Shown: positions 50,133 to 61,003, counted from the stretch's first letter. The stretch is DNA of 64,000 nucleotides from an uncultured Gemmatimonadales bacterium (GCA_963851265.1 CAWKNZ010000002.1:192001-256000), one strand, 5' to 3'. Notes: a model not told the origin generated them from the sequence alone. Program-made: numbers and translations.

Positions 50133-51484
50133 TCGTCCTGCGGCGGCGGCCCCCGGAACGCGTCCTTGCCGGCCGTCGGCGCGAACGTGACCGGCCGCCC
50201 CGTGCGCGCCGCCTCGTAGATCGCCGCCTGGATGCGGTGATCCTGGACGCCCTCCTCGCCGGGCGTGTACGGCTGACGGTTCTCCCGCACGCACTGCGAG
50301 AAGTGGTCGGCCTCGCGCGCGAACTGGCTCTTCTGCGCCATCGGCAGCTCGGCGATCCGCTCCTGCCCGTTCTCCGCGCGCGCCGCGCGCATCCGCAGCC
50401 CCTCGTAGCTGAACGCCGGGTCGAGCTCGACCCAGCCGTCTTCGCCGGTCACGCGGTAGCGCCGCGACTGGTGCGTGCCGTAGCTCGACCCGCAGTTGGC
50501 GAGCGTCCCCGACGGGAAGCGCATCGACCAGAGCACCGTCTCCTCGACCTCGCGGAAGCGCGGGTCGTCCTTGGGGTCCAGCAGCTGCGCGCGGATCTCG
50601 ACGGGCTCCTCGCCGGTGAGGAAGCGGGCGGTGTTGAAGCAGTAGATCCCCACGTCCGGCAGCGAGCCGCCGCCCGAGAGCGCCAGCCGCTGGCGCCACT
50701 GCGTCGGGTCGCCCTGCGCCTGGCCGTTGAACATCTCGACCACGGTGACCTTGCCTAACGGACCGCGCCCCGGGCCCGAATCGCGCACCATCTTCATCGC
50801 CGCGCGGTTGTGCGGCTCGTACTGGATGCGGTAGGCGACCATCAACTTGCGCCCCGCCGCCGCGCACGCGCGCACCATCCGCTCCGCGTCGGCGACGTTG
50901 GTCGCCATCGGCTTCTCGCACAGCACGTGCTTCCCGGCGCCCGCCGCGCGCACCACCTGCTCGGCGTGCAGCGCGTTGGGCGTGGCGACGTACACGGCCT
51001 CGACCGCGCGGTCGTCGCGCAGGCGGTCCCACTCGTTGTAGCCGTACACCCGCCGCGGGTCGAGCCCGAACTGCTGCGCGATCGCCCGCCCCTTGTTGGG
51101 GTCGCCCGTCATCACCGCGACGAGCTTCGAGCGCTTGCTCTGCTGCATCCCCGGAATCATCTCGGTGAGCGCGATGCGCCCGAGCCCGATGACGCAGTAG
51201 CCGACCCGCATCTCGGGCGGCTCCGGGTTGGGCGGCTGGCCCTCCTGGCGCTCCGTCGACTTCTCGGTGGGCGGAAAGTGCACCGCGGGCGGCTGCGCGC
51301 CCGGGCCGGTGCCGCTCCCCGGCGTGGTCTGCCCGCGGTCGACCGGCGCCTGCGCGCGCGCGACGTCGCCGTCCAGCAACGAGACCACCCCACCGGCGAG
51401 CGACAGGGCGCCGAGCCCGGCGCCCGCGCGGGCGAGGAAATCGCGGCGGGTCGGGCCCGCCTGGTCGAGCGCATTCTTCGTCAT
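50123..51484 (-). CDS. Tat-exported Gfo/Idh/MocA oxidoreductase (glucose-fructose oxidoreductase-like)
   Basis: TRRDFL Tat motif; IGLG.IA, YVATPN..H, HVLCEKPMA and GGGSL.DVGIY motifs. Confidence 0.9.
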   Translation of the reverse strand: MTKNALDQAGPTRRDFLARAGAGLGALSLAGGVVSLLDGDVARAQAPVDRGQTTPGSGTGPGAQPPAVHFPPTEKSTERQEGQPPNPEPPEMRVGYCVIGLGRIALTEMIPGMQQSKRSKLVAVMTGDPNKGRAIAQQFGLDPRRVYGYNEWDRLRDDRAVEAVYVATPNALHAEQVVRAAGAGKHVLCEKPMATNVADAERMVRACAAAGRKLMVAYRIQYEPHNRAAMKMVRDSGPGRGPLGKVTVVEMFNGQAQGDPTQWRQRLALSGGGSLPDVGIYCFNTARFLTGEEPVEIRAQLLDPKDDPRFREVEETVLWSMRFPSGTLANCGSSYGTHQSRRYRVTGEDGWVELDPAFSYEGLRMRAARAENGQERIAELPMAQKSQFAREADHFSQCVRENRQPYTPGEEGVQDHRIQAAIYEAARTGRPVTFAPTAGKDAFRGPPPQDEMA

Positions 51485-51648
51485 CCGTCCCATCCCCCCG
51501 TCCGCCAACCCGGCGGCGCCTCGCGTTAGACCCCCGACGCCGGCCCCGGCCCGGGTGACGGCGGCGGTCGCACCCGCGGCCGCCGCGCGCGCCCACGTGC
51601 GCAGGGCGTGCGCCATCAGCCCCGCGCGACGTCGGGGCGCACGCCCGG

Positions 51649-51664
51649 CGTGAACCGTTTCACG
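51649..51664. promoter_or_regulatory. Near-perfect palindrome CGTGAACCGTTTCACG, LacI-like operator candidate
   Basis: Central AAnCGnTT dyad between the divergent oxidoreductase and GDSL genes. Confidence 0.45.
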
Positions 51665-51772
51665 GTCCTTGCGTGCGGTCGGGTGTGTCGACCTGGACAG
51701 TGGCGTGACCTCCACGCTACCGTGCCGCGTCGTCGCGCCCCATACCCAACCCCTCCAGAGGAGACCATCGGT

Positions 51773-52849
51773 ATGCCCACCGCCCGTGTCGCCGTCCGCG
51801 GCGCCTACCTCGGCCTCGCGCTGTGCGCCGCACTCGCGCCGGCCGCGGCCATCGCGCAGAGCCCGATGCAGAGCGCCTTCACGTCGCTCACCGTCTTTGG
51901 CGACAGCTACTCCGACACGGGCAACGTCTTCCGGTTCACGACGTCCCTCGGGATTCCGACGCCACCGTCGCCGCCGTACTACAACGGGCGTTTCTCCAAC
52001 GGCCCCGTCTGGGTGGACTACTTCGCGCAGGCGATCGGACGGCCGAACGACGCCATTGCGGTGTACCTCACGCCGCAGGCGCCGAACGCCGCCGCGGGCA
52101 ACTACGCCATCGGCGGGGCGCGCACGTACGACACCCAGGTGACCATCGGCACCAACACGATCACGCTGCCGGGCACGGGCTCGCAGATCGCCGACTACTT
52201 CTCCCGCGCCGGCGTCGGGCGCGCGGACCCGACCGGTTTGTACGCGCTCTTCGTCGGCGGCGACGACCTGCGGGACATCGCCGCGCTCACCGACCCGGCG
52301 GCGCGTCAGGCCCAGGCCGCCGCGACGGCGAACAACGTGATCACGCAGGCCAGCGCCCTCGCCGCGAACGGTGCGCGCAACGTCCTGCTCTTCACCCTGC
52401 CGAGCATCGGCGTCCTCCCGGAGCAGCAGGCGATCCCCGGGCGCGGCGCCATCGACGACGCGATCACGAGCACGTTCAACAGCACGCTCGCGGCCGGCAT
52501 CCTCGGCCTGCAGGCCAACCTGCCCGGCAGCACGTTCTTCGACCTGCGGCTCGACAACCTCTTCGGCAATATCGAGAGCGACGCGCTGGCCGGCGGCGCG
52601 CGCTACGGGATCACCAACCTCGGCACGCCCTGCTTCTTCCCGGGCGCGCCGTCGTGCGCCTCGAGCCTGTTCACCGACGACATGCACCCCACCACGCAGG
52701 CGCAGCAGCTCATCGCGCAGGCCGCGTACACGTACGTGACCACCGGCGCGAACGTCGCGGCCGTCCCCGAGCCGGCGACGGTCGCGCTCGTCGGCGGCGG
52801 GCTCGGCGTCGTCGCGGTGCTGCGGACGCGCAGGCGGCGCGCCGCCTGA
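51773..52849 (+). CDS. SGNH/GDSL esterase with PEP-CTERM sorting signal
   Basis: GGAG RBS; signal peptide; FGDSYSD.GN, GRFSNGPVW, NYA.GGA, DDMHPT; VPEP + TM + RRRR. Confidence 0.9.
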   Translation: MPTARVAVRGAYLGLALCAALAPAAAIAQSPMQSAFTSLTVFGDSYSDTGNVFRFTTSLGIPTPPSPPYYNGRFSNGPVWVDYFAQAIGRPNDAIAVYLTPQAPNAAAGNYAIGGARTYDTQVTIGTNTITLPGTGSQIADYFSRAGVGRADPTGLYALFVGGDDLRDIAALTDPAARQAQAAATANNVITQASALAANGARNVLLFTLPSIGVLPEQQAIPGRGAIDDAITSTFNSTLAAGILGLQANLPGSTFFDLRLDNLFGNIESDALAGGARYGITNLGTPCFFPGAPSCASSLFTDDMHPTTQAQQLIAQAAYTYVTTGANVAAVPEPATVALVGGGLGVVAVLRTRRRRAA

Positions 52850-52855
52850 CGCGGC

Positions 52856-54307
52856 CTAACGCGTCGCCGGCACCGCGTCCGCCGCGTCGGGCCCGGCCGG
52901 GGCGAACACGTTCCCCCGGCCGAGGATCCCCTGCGGGTCGAGCGCCCGCTTGAGCGCACCCATCGCGGCGAGTTGCGCCGGTGTCAGCTGCAACGGCAGC
53001 CACCGGCGCTTCAGCTTGCCGACGCCGTGCTCCGCGGCCACCGTGCCCCCCATCGCGAGCACGCGCCGCAACGTCGCGTCCACCACCGCCTCGATCCGCT
53101 CCAGCTCCGCCGCGTCGCGCGCGACGAAGTGCTGGTGCGGGTGGCCGTTGCCGGCGTGACCGAACACCGCCGCCACCTCGACCCCGTGCGCGGCCGCGAT
53201 CGACGCCGACTCGCCTAACGCCTCGGCGAGCCGCGGGTAGGGCACCGCCCAGTCGGTCGACACCTTGCGCCCGCCGGCCGGCCGGTAGCGCGCCGCGCGC
53301 TCGTTGAGCGTGGCCGGCACGGCGTGCCGCATGCCGCGCGCGTTGCGCAGCGGCCCCTCGCCCTCGAACACCTGCACGTCGTCGGCGAGCACGCCGTGCC
53401 GCTCGGCCAGCTCCAGCCACGCGTCGAGCGCGGCCTCGCCCGCGTGCTCCTCCTCGAGGTACACGTACGCCGCCGCGCCCTCCCCCCACGAACCACCGAA
53501 CAGGCCGCGCGCATGGTCGCGGGCGATCGTGAACGCCCGCGCGTCGAGGTACTCCAGACAGCGCGGGTTGAGCCGCCCCGCGTCACGCAGCGCCCGCGCC
53601 TCCGCGACGAAGGCGAGCGCGCCGGACTCGGTGCGGAACGGGACGCCGAGGCCCGTCACGGCGTCGGGGAGCGGCAGGAGTGAGAACTCGACGTCGAGCA
53701 CCACGCCCAGCGTCCCCTCGCTCCCGACGAACCAGTCCACCGGGTCGTGTGCCATCGCGTAGCCCGCGGTGTTCTTTTCGAGCCGCGGCCGGCGGAACTC
53801 GTGCACCGAGCCGTCGGCGAGGGCGACCCGGAGCGCCGCGACGTGCTCGCGCGTGGCGCCGTACTTGAGCGACCGCCCGCCGCTCGCGTTCGCCGCCACC
53901 GCGCCCCCCACGGAGCATTCCTCCTCGCTCGTCGGGTCGGGGGCGAGGAGGAAGCCCGCCGCGGCGGCGGCACGCTTCACGTCGCCGAGCAGCGCGCCCG
54001 GCTCCGCGCGGATCGTGCGGCGCGCGGGGTCCAGGTCGAGAATCCGGTCCATCGCCCGCAGCGAGAGCACCGCTCCGCGGTCCGTCACCGCCCCGCCCGA
54101 GTACCCCGTGAGCGCCCCCGCCGGCGTCACCGCGGTCCCCGTCGCTGAGGCGGCGCGCAGCACCTCGACCACCTCCGCGGCCGACGTCGGCCGTGCCACC
54201 GCTTCGGGGGTGAGCACGAGGCCCGACGCGTCGGCGGCGAACGCGGTGCGCACGCCGAGGTCGTCGGTGGAGTAGGGGAGGGCGGGCGCTGGCGCGAGGA
54301 GGGACAT
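52856..54307 (-). CDS. FAD-linked oxidase (GlcD/D-lactate dehydrogenase family)
   Basis: PDPTS...SVGG.VA.NASG, GSEGTLG, GHAGNG.PH, AEHGVG..K and K.ALDP.GIL motifs. Confidence 0.9.
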   Translation of the reverse strand: MSLLAPAPALPYSTDDLGVRTAFAADASGLVLTPEAVARPTSAAEVVEVLRAASATGTAVTPAGALTGYSGGAVTDRGAVLSLRAMDRILDLDPARRTIRAEPGALLGDVKRAAAAAGFLLAPDPTSEEECSVGGAVAANASGGRSLKYGATREHVAALRVALADGSVHEFRRPRLEKNTAGYAMAHDPVDWFVGSEGTLGVVLDVEFSLLPLPDAVTGLGVPFRTESGALAFVAEARALRDAGRLNPRCLEYLDARAFTIARDHARGLFGGSWGEGAAAYVYLEEEHAGEAALDAWLELAERHGVLADDVQVFEGEGPLRNARGMRHAVPATLNERAARYRPAGGRKVSTDWAVPYPRLAEALGESASIAAAHGVEVAAVFGHAGNGHPHQHFVARDAAELERIEAVVDATLRRVLAMGGTVAAEHGVGKLKRRWLPLQLTPAQLAAMGALKRALDPQGILGRGNVFAPAGPDAADAVPATR

Positions 54308-54408
54308 GGGAACGGAAGATAGATTCGGCCGCGGCAACCGACGCGAGTCGGAACTCGCGTCCGTACCCCACTTCCTCCGCGTCGTCCCGCTCGCATGGTG
54401 TCGTTCGC

Positions 54409-55749
54409 ATGACCGTCCTCGACCCCGCCGCCACGCCGGCCGGCTCGCCAGCCGGTGCCCCGGTCGGCGGCCGGTCCGGCGACCCGATCCCGCCCGCCGT
54501 CTCGCAGATGGCCGCGGCCCTCGTCGGCTCCGAGATCCTCAAGATCGCCGGCGAGATCCGCGCGATGCGCGCCGCGGGCGCGACCGTCTGCAACCTCACG
54601 GTCGGCGACTTCGACCCCGCGCAGTTCCGCATTCCGCAACCGCTCGAGGACGGGATCGTCGCCGCGCTCCGCGCCGGCGAGACCAACTACCCGCCGTCGA
54701 GCGGGATCGACCCGCTCCGCGCCGCGATCTCGGGGTTCTGGCAGCGCCGGCTCGGGCTCGACTACCCGGCGAGTGCGATCCTCGTCACCGGCGGCTCGCG
54801 CCCGGGCATCTACGGCACCTACCGCACGCTCGTCGACGCGGGCGACCGGGTCGTCTACCCGGTGCCGTCGTGGAACAACAACCACTACGTCCACATCGTC
54901 GACGCGGTGGGCGTCCCGCTCGTCTGCGGCCCCGAGAGCGGGTTCCTCCCCACCGCCGACGCGCTCGCCCCGCTCGTCCGCGACGCCCGCGTGCGGCTGG
55001 TCACGGTCAACTCCCCGCTGAACCCGGCGGGTACGTGCTTCACGGCGGAGCAGCTGGGTGCGCTCTGCGACGTGATCCTCGAGGAGAACCGCCGCCGCGG
55101 CGCGCACGATCGGCCGCTCTACTTGCTCTACGACCAGGTCTACTGGACGCTGACCTTCGGCGGCACGCGCCACGTCGACCCGGTCTCGCTGCGCCCCGCC
55201 ATGCGCGACTACACGGTCTACGTCGACGGCATCTCGAAGGCGTTCGCCGCGACGGGGGTGCGCGTCGGGTGGGTCGGCGGGCCGGAACGCGTGGTGCGCG
55301 CGATGAGCGACGTGTTGGGGCACGTCGGCGCGTGGGCGCCGCGGGCCGAGCAGGCCGCCACCGCGCGGTTCATCGCGGACGACGCGGCGGTGGACGCCTA
55401 CCAGACCGAGTTCGTCGCCGGGGTGCGCGCGCGACTCGACGCCCTCTACGACGGACTCGACGCGATGCGACGCGACGGACTGCCGGTCGAAGCGTTCGCG
55501 CCGGCGGGGGCGATCTATCTCTCGGTCCGCTTCGACCTCGTCGGCCGCCGCACGCCCACCGGGCAGGTGCTCGACACGAACGAGGCCATCCGCCGCTGGC
55601 TGCTCGATGCCGCGGGGCTGGCGCTCGTCCCGTTCCAGGCCTTCGGGACCCGCACCGAAGACGGGTGGTTCCGCGCGTCGGTCGGCGCGACGTCGGTCGA
55701 GGAGATCGCGGGGGTGCTCCCGCGGGTGAGGGACGCGGTGTCGCTGTGA
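54409..55749 (+). CDS. Class I/II PLP aminotransferase (aspartate aminotransferase-like)
   Basis: NSP.NP.G, DQVY and GISK.FAATG.RVGW motifs. Confidence 0.9.
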   Translation: MTVLDPAATPAGSPAGAPVGGRSGDPIPPAVSQMAAALVGSEILKIAGEIRAMRAAGATVCNLTVGDFDPAQFRIPQPLEDGIVAALRAGETNYPPSSGIDPLRAAISGFWQRRLGLDYPASAILVTGGSRPGIYGTYRTLVDAGDRVVYPVPSWNNNHYVHIVDAVGVPLVCGPESGFLPTADALAPLVRDARVRLVTVNSPLNPAGTCFTAEQLGALCDVILEENRRRGAHDRPLYLLYDQVYWTLTFGGTRHVDPVSLRPAMRDYTVYVDGISKAFAATGVRVGWVGGPERVVRAMSDVLGHVGAWAPRAEQAATARFIADDAAVDAYQTEFVAGVRARLDALYDGLDAMRRDGLPVEAFAPAGAIYLSVRFDLVGRRTPTGQVLDTNEAIRRWLLDAAGLALVPFQAFGTRTEDGWFRASVGATSVEEIAGVLPRVRDAVSL

Positions 55750-55772
55750 GGCGGTCGCCGTGCGGCGGGGCG

Positions 55773-56684
55773 CTAGATGCTGAAGTCCTCCACCCCGTCC
55801 CACCCCCCCGCCCGCGGCGCCACCTGACTCTGGTGCGTCACCACACTGCCCGCCGGCACGCTCCGCGTCAGCCAGACGTTCCCCCCGATCACGCTCCCCT
55901 CCCCCACCACCGTCTCCCCCCCGAGGATCGTCGCGTTCGCGTACACCACGACGTCGTCCCCCAACGTCGGGTGCCGCTTGACCCTCGCCAGATGCTTCGC
56001 CACCGCGAGCGCGCCTAACGTCACGCCCTGGTACAGCCGCACGCGGTCGCCCAGCACGGCCGTCTCGCCGATCACCACCCCCGTCCCGTGGTCGATCGCG
56101 AACGCGCGCCCGATCTGCGCCCCCGGGTGAATGTCGATTCCCGTCTCGCGGTGCGCGAACTCCGTGACGAGCCGCGGCACGAGGGGAACCTCGTGGCGGT
56201 GGAGGACGTGGGCGATCCGGTAGCACGCCGTCGCGTAGAACCCGGGGTACGCCGCGATCACCTCGTCCACGCTCGCCGCCGCCGGGTCGCCGTCGTGCGT
56301 GGCGCGCGCGTCGGCGAGGAGCGCGTCGTACACGGCCGGCAGTTCCGACACCGCGGCCGCCTCGAGCGACTCCGCCGGACGGCCGAGGATCGCGGCGACC
56401 GGCTCGAGCACCACCCGAAGCGCGCGGCGCACCGCCGCGAGTTCGTCGCCCATCTCGCGCGCCGCGCAGGGCGCCCCGCACGCGGGGCCCATCTCGCGGT
56501 CCGGCAGCTCGTTGGCGAGCGGCGGAAAGAGGAGGGCGAGCAGCGCGCGCACCGCGTGCTCCGTGTTCGCCCGCAGGCGCGGCGGGAGCGCGAACGCCTC
56601 CCGAGCGGCCGCGAGCCGCGTCAGGAATGCGAGTTGGGACGGGGCCGCGTCGGGCGGCGCGAGGTCGGGCGCGTGGTGGGACAC
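55773..56684 (-). CDS. cysE: Serine O-acetyltransferase (EpsC-type)
   Basis: [42 protein letters not shown] and KRHPT motifs. Start approximate. Confidence 0.92.
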   Translation of the reverse strand: MSHHAPDLAPPDAAPSQLAFLTRLAAAREAFALPPRLRANTEHAVRALLALLFPPLANELPDREMGPACGAPCAAREMGDELAAVRRALRVVLEPVAAILGRPAESLEAAAVSELPAVYDALLADARATHDGDPAAASVDEVIAAYPGFYATACYRIAHVLHRHEVPLVPRLVTEFAHRETGIDIHPGAQIGRAFAIDHGTGVVIGETAVLGDRVRLYQGVTLGALAVAKHLARVKRHPTLGDDVVVYANATILGGETVVGEGSVIGGNVWLTRSVPAGSVVTHQSQVAPRAGGWDGVEDFSI

Positions 56685-56742
56685 GCCCGACAAGCTCGCC
56701 CGCGCCGTTCCGCGCCGCTACGCCCGGCGCCCGGTTCGCTCG

Positions 56743-58593
56743 TCAGGCCGCGAGCGCGCTTCTCGGCGGACGGTGCGCCGGCGGCAGCGCGACGTCCCGC
56801 GCCAACCACGGTCGCGGCAGCCCGACGTCCGCGCGCAGCAGTTCGATCGCCGCGTCCGCCGCCATCGGCCGCCCGAACAGGAAGCCCTGCACCACGTCGC
56901 ACGCGCGCTCGGAGAGGTAGGCCAGCTGTTCCGGCGTCTCCACCCCTTCGGCCACCACTTCGAGCCCGAGCGAGTGGCCGAGCGCGATGATCGCCTCGGT
57001 GATCGCGCCGCTCTGCCGGTCGGTGACCGCGTCGCGCACGAAGCTCTTGTCGAGCTTGATGCAGTCGATCGGGAAGCGCTTCAGGTAGCCGAGCGAGGAG
57101 TAGCCGGTGCCGAAGTCGTCGAGCGCGATGCCGACGCCGGCGCCGCGGAGCCCCTGCAGCACCGCGACCGTGTGCGCGGTGTCGTCCATGAGCAGCGACT
57201 CGGTGACTTCGAGTTCGAGCAGTGCGGGGTCGACGTCGTGGTCGGCGAGCGCGGCGTGCACCACCGAGACGAGGTCGGCGTGCTTGAACTGGCGCGCGGA
57301 GAGGTTGACCGCCACCGCCGCGAGCGGCAGCCCCTCCGCGCGCCACGCGGCGAGCTGCGCGCACGCGGTGCGCAGCACCCACTCGCCGATCGGCACGATG
57401 AGCCCCGTCGACTCCGCCACCGGGATGAAGTCGACCGGCGAGACGAGTCCGCGGTCGGGGTGCTGCCAGCGGAGGAGTGCCTCGAAGCCGCGCACGCGCC
57501 CCGTCGCGACGTCCATCTTCGGCTGGTAGTGCAGGAACAGCTGTCCGCGGTCGAGCGCGTGGCGCAGGTCGGCCTCGATCGCCATGCGCAGGTGCAGCCG
57601 CGCGTTGAGGTCGGACGAGTAGAAGCGGTGCGCGTTGCCGCCCGCGCCCTGCACGGCGTAGAGCGCCGTGGTCGCGTTGCCGATCAGCTCGTCGACGCCG
57701 CCGGGGTCGTTGGGCGAGGTGGTCACGCCGACGCTCGCGCCGACGGTGACCTCGCGCCCGTGGACGACGAACGGGCGGCGGAGCGCGTCGACCACGCGGC
57801 GCGCGAGCGCGTCGAGTCCCTCGACGGTCGCGCCGTCGGCGCAGAGGATGGCGTACTCGTCCCCGTCGAACCGCGCGAGCACGTCGGTGCCGCGGACCAC
57901 GCCCTGCAGGCGCTGCGCGGCCGCGGCGAGCAGCGCGTCGCCGCCCGCGTGGCCTAACGACAGGTTGATCGCCTGGAAGCCGTCGAGGTCGAGCACGAGC
58001 ACGCCGACCGCGCGGCCGTCGCGGCGCGACTGGGCGAGGGCGTGCCGCAGCTGGTCGCGGAAGAGCGCGCGGTTGGGCAGCCCGGTGACGCGGTCGTACG
58101 TCGACACGTGGCCGACGATCTCCTCGAGGCGCTCGACCGCGTGCTGCGCGTCGGCCATGAGCGCGCCGGCCTCGTCGACCTCGGCGAACTCGGCGGGGAG
58201 TGCGGGCGCGGTGCGGCGCGCCAGGTAGGCGCGCAGCGCGGCCGCCGTGAGCGTCACCGGCGCGAGCAGGGCGCCGACCAGCCAGGCCGCCCCGGCGGCG
58301 CCGACGAGGCCGCCCACCGCGGCAGCGGCGAGTGCGGCGCGTGCCACCACGCTCGCCGCGTGCGGCGCGGGAGTGCCGATCCACCCCGGCGCCGCGCCGC
58401 CCACCAGGCGGACGACGCACGCGACCGCGACCGCCGGAACGACCGCGCCGAGCGCGGCGGCGGTCATCAGCTTGGCGCGGTAGCTCGCGCGGCCCGCGGC
58501 GCGCACCCACGACGGCCCGGACGTGCTGCGCGGCGCGCAGATCCGGCGCGCCGCGCGGGCGAGCGTGACGTAGGCGTGCAAGGAGGGAGGCAT
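56743..58593 (-). CDS. Membrane-anchored GGDEF(degenerate)-EAL protein
   Basis: Two TM helices; [50 protein letters not shown] and QGFL motifs. Confidence 0.92.
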   Translation of the reverse strand: MPPSLHAYVTLARAARRICAPRSTSGPSWVRAAGRASYRAKLMTAAALGAVVPAVAVACVVRLVGGAAPGWIGTPAPHAASVVARAALAAAAVGGLVGAAGAAWLVGALLAPVTLTAAALRAYLARRTAPALPAEFAEVDEAGALMADAQHAVERLEEIVGHVSTYDRVTGLPNRALFRDQLRHALAQSRRDGRAVGVLVLDLDGFQAINLSLGHAGGDALLAAAAQRLQGVVRGTDVLARFDGDEYAILCADGATVEGLDALARRVVDALRRPFVVHGREVTVGASVGVTTSPNDPGGVDELIGNATTALYAVQGAGGNAHRFYSSDLNARLHLRMAIEADLRHALDRGQLFLHYQPKMDVATGRVRGFEALLRWQHPDRGLVSPVDFIPVAESTGLIVPIGEWVLRTACAQLAAWRAEGLPLAAVAVNLSARQFKHADLVSVVHAALADHDVDPALLELEVTESLLMDDTAHTVAVLQGLRGAGVGIALDDFGTGYSSLGYLKRFPIDCIKLDKSFVRDAVTDRQSGAITEAIIALGHSLGLEVVAEGVETPEQLAYLSERACDVVQGFLFGRPMAADAAIELLRADVGLPRPWLARDVALPPAHRPPRSALAA

Positions 58594-58724
58594 TGCGGGG
58601 GGGCGGGCGGGGAGATCGGGGGTGAGTCTCGTCTCGGCCGGAACGCCACTTGAGCCGCGGCGCGACGGCGTCGGGGCGCGGGCGGGCCTTGTTCCCCGCC
58701 GCGTCGGGCGTTCCTTTCGCCGCC

Positions 58725-58937
58725 ATGACCGACTCCATGCCCGGACCCACCGCCGGCGGACGCCCGCCCGAGCGCCGCCGCAACGCCGCCCTCCGCGAAC
58801 TCATCGACGAGATGCTCGCCTCGATCCGCACGGCCGTGAACCGCGAGCTGTGGACGCCGGGCGAGCGCGAGCAGTACGAGCGCGAGCTGGCCGCGATCAT
58901 GGCGCGGGTGCGCAGCGAGGCCGTGCAGCGTTCGTAG
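58725..58937 (+). CDS. Small helical hypothetical protein (70 aa)
   Basis: Fills an intergenic gap with host codon usage; [16 protein letters not shown]...WT..ER..YE.EL. Confidence 0.7.
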   Translation: MTDSMPGPTAGGRPPERRRNAALRELIDEMLASIRTAVNRELWTPGEREQYERELAAIMARVRSEAVQRS

Positions 58938-59005
58938 GCGGGCGCGGCCGCGGCCGCACCCGCGCGCCGCCCGCCGCGGCTGCGCGGTCCGACGTCCGAG
59001 GCTGA

Positions 59006-60583
59006 CTAACGTTCCAGCTTGAAGCCCGCGTCGACGGCCGGCCGCGCGTCGCGCTCGGCGACGGCCCAGCCGGTCGCGTACATCCAGCGCGCCATCCGCG
59101 TGAGCTTGGCGTAGTCGATGCGCGACGGTTCGTCCCGGACCGTGTGATAGTCCGGGTGCAGGAGCGTGGTGAACATCACCGCGGGCACGCCGAGGCGCGC
59201 GTAAGGCAGGTGGTCGCTGCGGAAGTACCAGCCTTCGGGGTGCGACGGGCGGTCCCAGGCGGAGTCGAGCGCGAAGTGGCCGACCATCCGGTTCGCGGCG
59301 AGCGCGATCGCGACGAGGTCGGAGGAGTTGCGGTGCGGCGGTTGCGCGCCGAGGAGCGCCGCCGAGTCGGGGCTGTTGCGGCCGATCATGTCGCCGTTGA
59401 GCACGGCGACCATCGACGCGCGCGGTACCGTGGGGTGTGCCGAGAACCAGCGCGAGCCTAACAGGCCGCGCTCCTCCGCGCCGTGCCAGACGAAGAGCGC
59501 CGAGCGGCGCCCGGGGTGCTGCACGAAGGCGCGCCCCGCGGCGAGGATCGCGACGTCGACGCTCGCGTTGTCGTCGGCGCCGTTGCTGATGCTGTCGAGG
59601 CGCCCGCCGCCCACGTCGATGGGCGTGCGCACGCCGTCGTGGTCGTGGTGCCCGCTGAACACGACGTACTCGTGGCGAAGGCGCGGGTCGCGCCCGGGCG
59701 CGACCGCGACGACGTTCGCGCTCGGGTACACGAAGCTCTCGGCGACGAGCGACAGCGCGAGCCGGCCGCCCGCGGCCGCCGCGCCGCGGAGCCCCGGCCC
59801 CGCCGCCGCGCGCACCCAGAGCACCGGCGCGCCCGTCGGGATCGCGGCCGCGCCGGTCGTGTCGACGTTGTACCGCCCGCGGAGCAGCCCGGCGCCGCCG
59901 AAGGCCCACCCGGCCTCAGCGGTCGAGTCCCCGACGAGCACGATCGCGGCCGCGCCGCGGCGCACGAGGGCGGTGCTCTGCTCGCGGATCGCGGCGAGCA
60001 CGTAGCGGAACGGCCGCAGGCTCACGCCCTCGGGAGGGAGCGCGCGCGGCGCGTGCATCTCGACGACCACGGCGCGGCCGCGCACGTCGCTCGTGCTGTC
60101 GCCCGCGGCGAGTGCGACGAGCGGCAGCTCGCCGCGAAACTCGACGGGAGCGGCGGGCACGACGTCGCGGTCCCACGCGAGCGGGGCGCCGCCGGCGACG
60201 CCGACGGTGCTCCGCTCCGGGACGAGGCGCACGCGCCGCATGGGCCACCACTGGAAGTAGGTGCCGTCGTCACCGGCGGGTTTGAGGCCGGCTTCGCGGG
60301 CGCGCTCGGCAGTCCACACGGCGGCGCGCAGCTCGTCGAGGGTCCCGGCCTCGCGGCCGCGCATCGAGTCCCCGGCCATCGCGTAGAGGTCGCGCCGGAG
60401 GTCCGATTCGCGGATCGCGCCGAGCGCGGGGGGGAGGGCGGCAGCGGACTGCGCCGCAGAGACTGCGGGGCGCGAGGCGACCAGCGACACGGCGGCGAGC
60501 GTCGCGACGGCGAGCCGCGCGACGGCGCGTGTCGCGACGGCGCGGGTCGCGACCGAGGCGCGGGGGAGGGCGGAGCGGAACAT
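59006..60583 (-). CDS. Secreted M28 family peptidase
   Basis: Signal peptide; M.GR.AGT, SGHHDH.G, NGADDNAS, AEE.GLLGS, N.DMIG, RSDH and DYH motifs. Confidence 0.92.
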   Translation of the reverse strand: MFRSALPRASVATRAVATRAVARLAVATLAAVSLVASRPAVSAAQSAAALPPALGAIRESDLRRDLYAMAGDSMRGREAGTLDELRAAVWTAERAREAGLKPAGDDGTYFQWWPMRRVRLVPERSTVGVAGGAPLAWDRDVVPAAPVEFRGELPLVALAAGDSTSDVRGRAVVVEMHAPRALPPEGVSLRPFRYVLAAIREQSTALVRRGAAAIVLVGDSTAEAGWAFGGAGLLRGRYNVDTTGAAAIPTGAPVLWVRAAAGPGLRGAAAAGGRLALSLVAESFVYPSANVVAVAPGRDPRLRHEYVVFSGHHDHDGVRTPIDVGGGRLDSISNGADDNASVDVAILAAGRAFVQHPGRRSALFVWHGAEERGLLGSRWFSAHPTVPRASMVAVLNGDMIGRNSPDSAALLGAQPPHRNSSDLVAIALAANRMVGHFALDSAWDRPSHPEGWYFRSDHLPYARLGVPAVMFTTLLHPDYHTVRDEPSRIDYAKLTRMARWMYATGWAVAERDARPAVDAGFKLER

Positions 60584-61003
60584 GATCGATGACGGAGGGG
60601 ACGCGTGCGGCCGTCGCGCGGGACGTGCTCGCGGGCCGGACCTACGGGAGATAACGGGAGATGCAACGAAGGGGAGGGCGGGGCGCTACGCGCGACCATC
60701 CCGGTCGTCGCGCCCGCGTCGTCCGCCCCGCACGTCCCGCCGCGACTCGTTAGGCACTCGGCGGGCGTCGGGAGAGGCGGCCCGGTCCGCGTCCGCGGCG
60801 CCCGCACGCGCGATCGTGCGGCGCCGTCGCGTTCCCCGACTGTGCAACACCGAATCTGCCAGCGTCCAGCCCCGCCGGCCCGGCCCTGGGGTGTCTTCCG
60901 GTCCCGCGCGTTTCTCCAGAATGAAGACACGAGCCCGGTCGCGCGGGTCGCAGCTCCCAGACAACTCGGCACGAGTCCGTCGCGCCTCCACTACCTTCCG
61001 ACC

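Noticed and set aside
58937..58985. GC-rich hairpin between convergent genes as an intrinsic terminator
   Set aside because: The stem is imperfect, there is no U-tract on either strand, and such stems are expected by chance at this GC.
60584..61003. 420-bp intergenic region as an ncRNA or riboswitch
   Set aside because: No recognisable conserved RNA motif. An Rfam/Infernal search would be needed.
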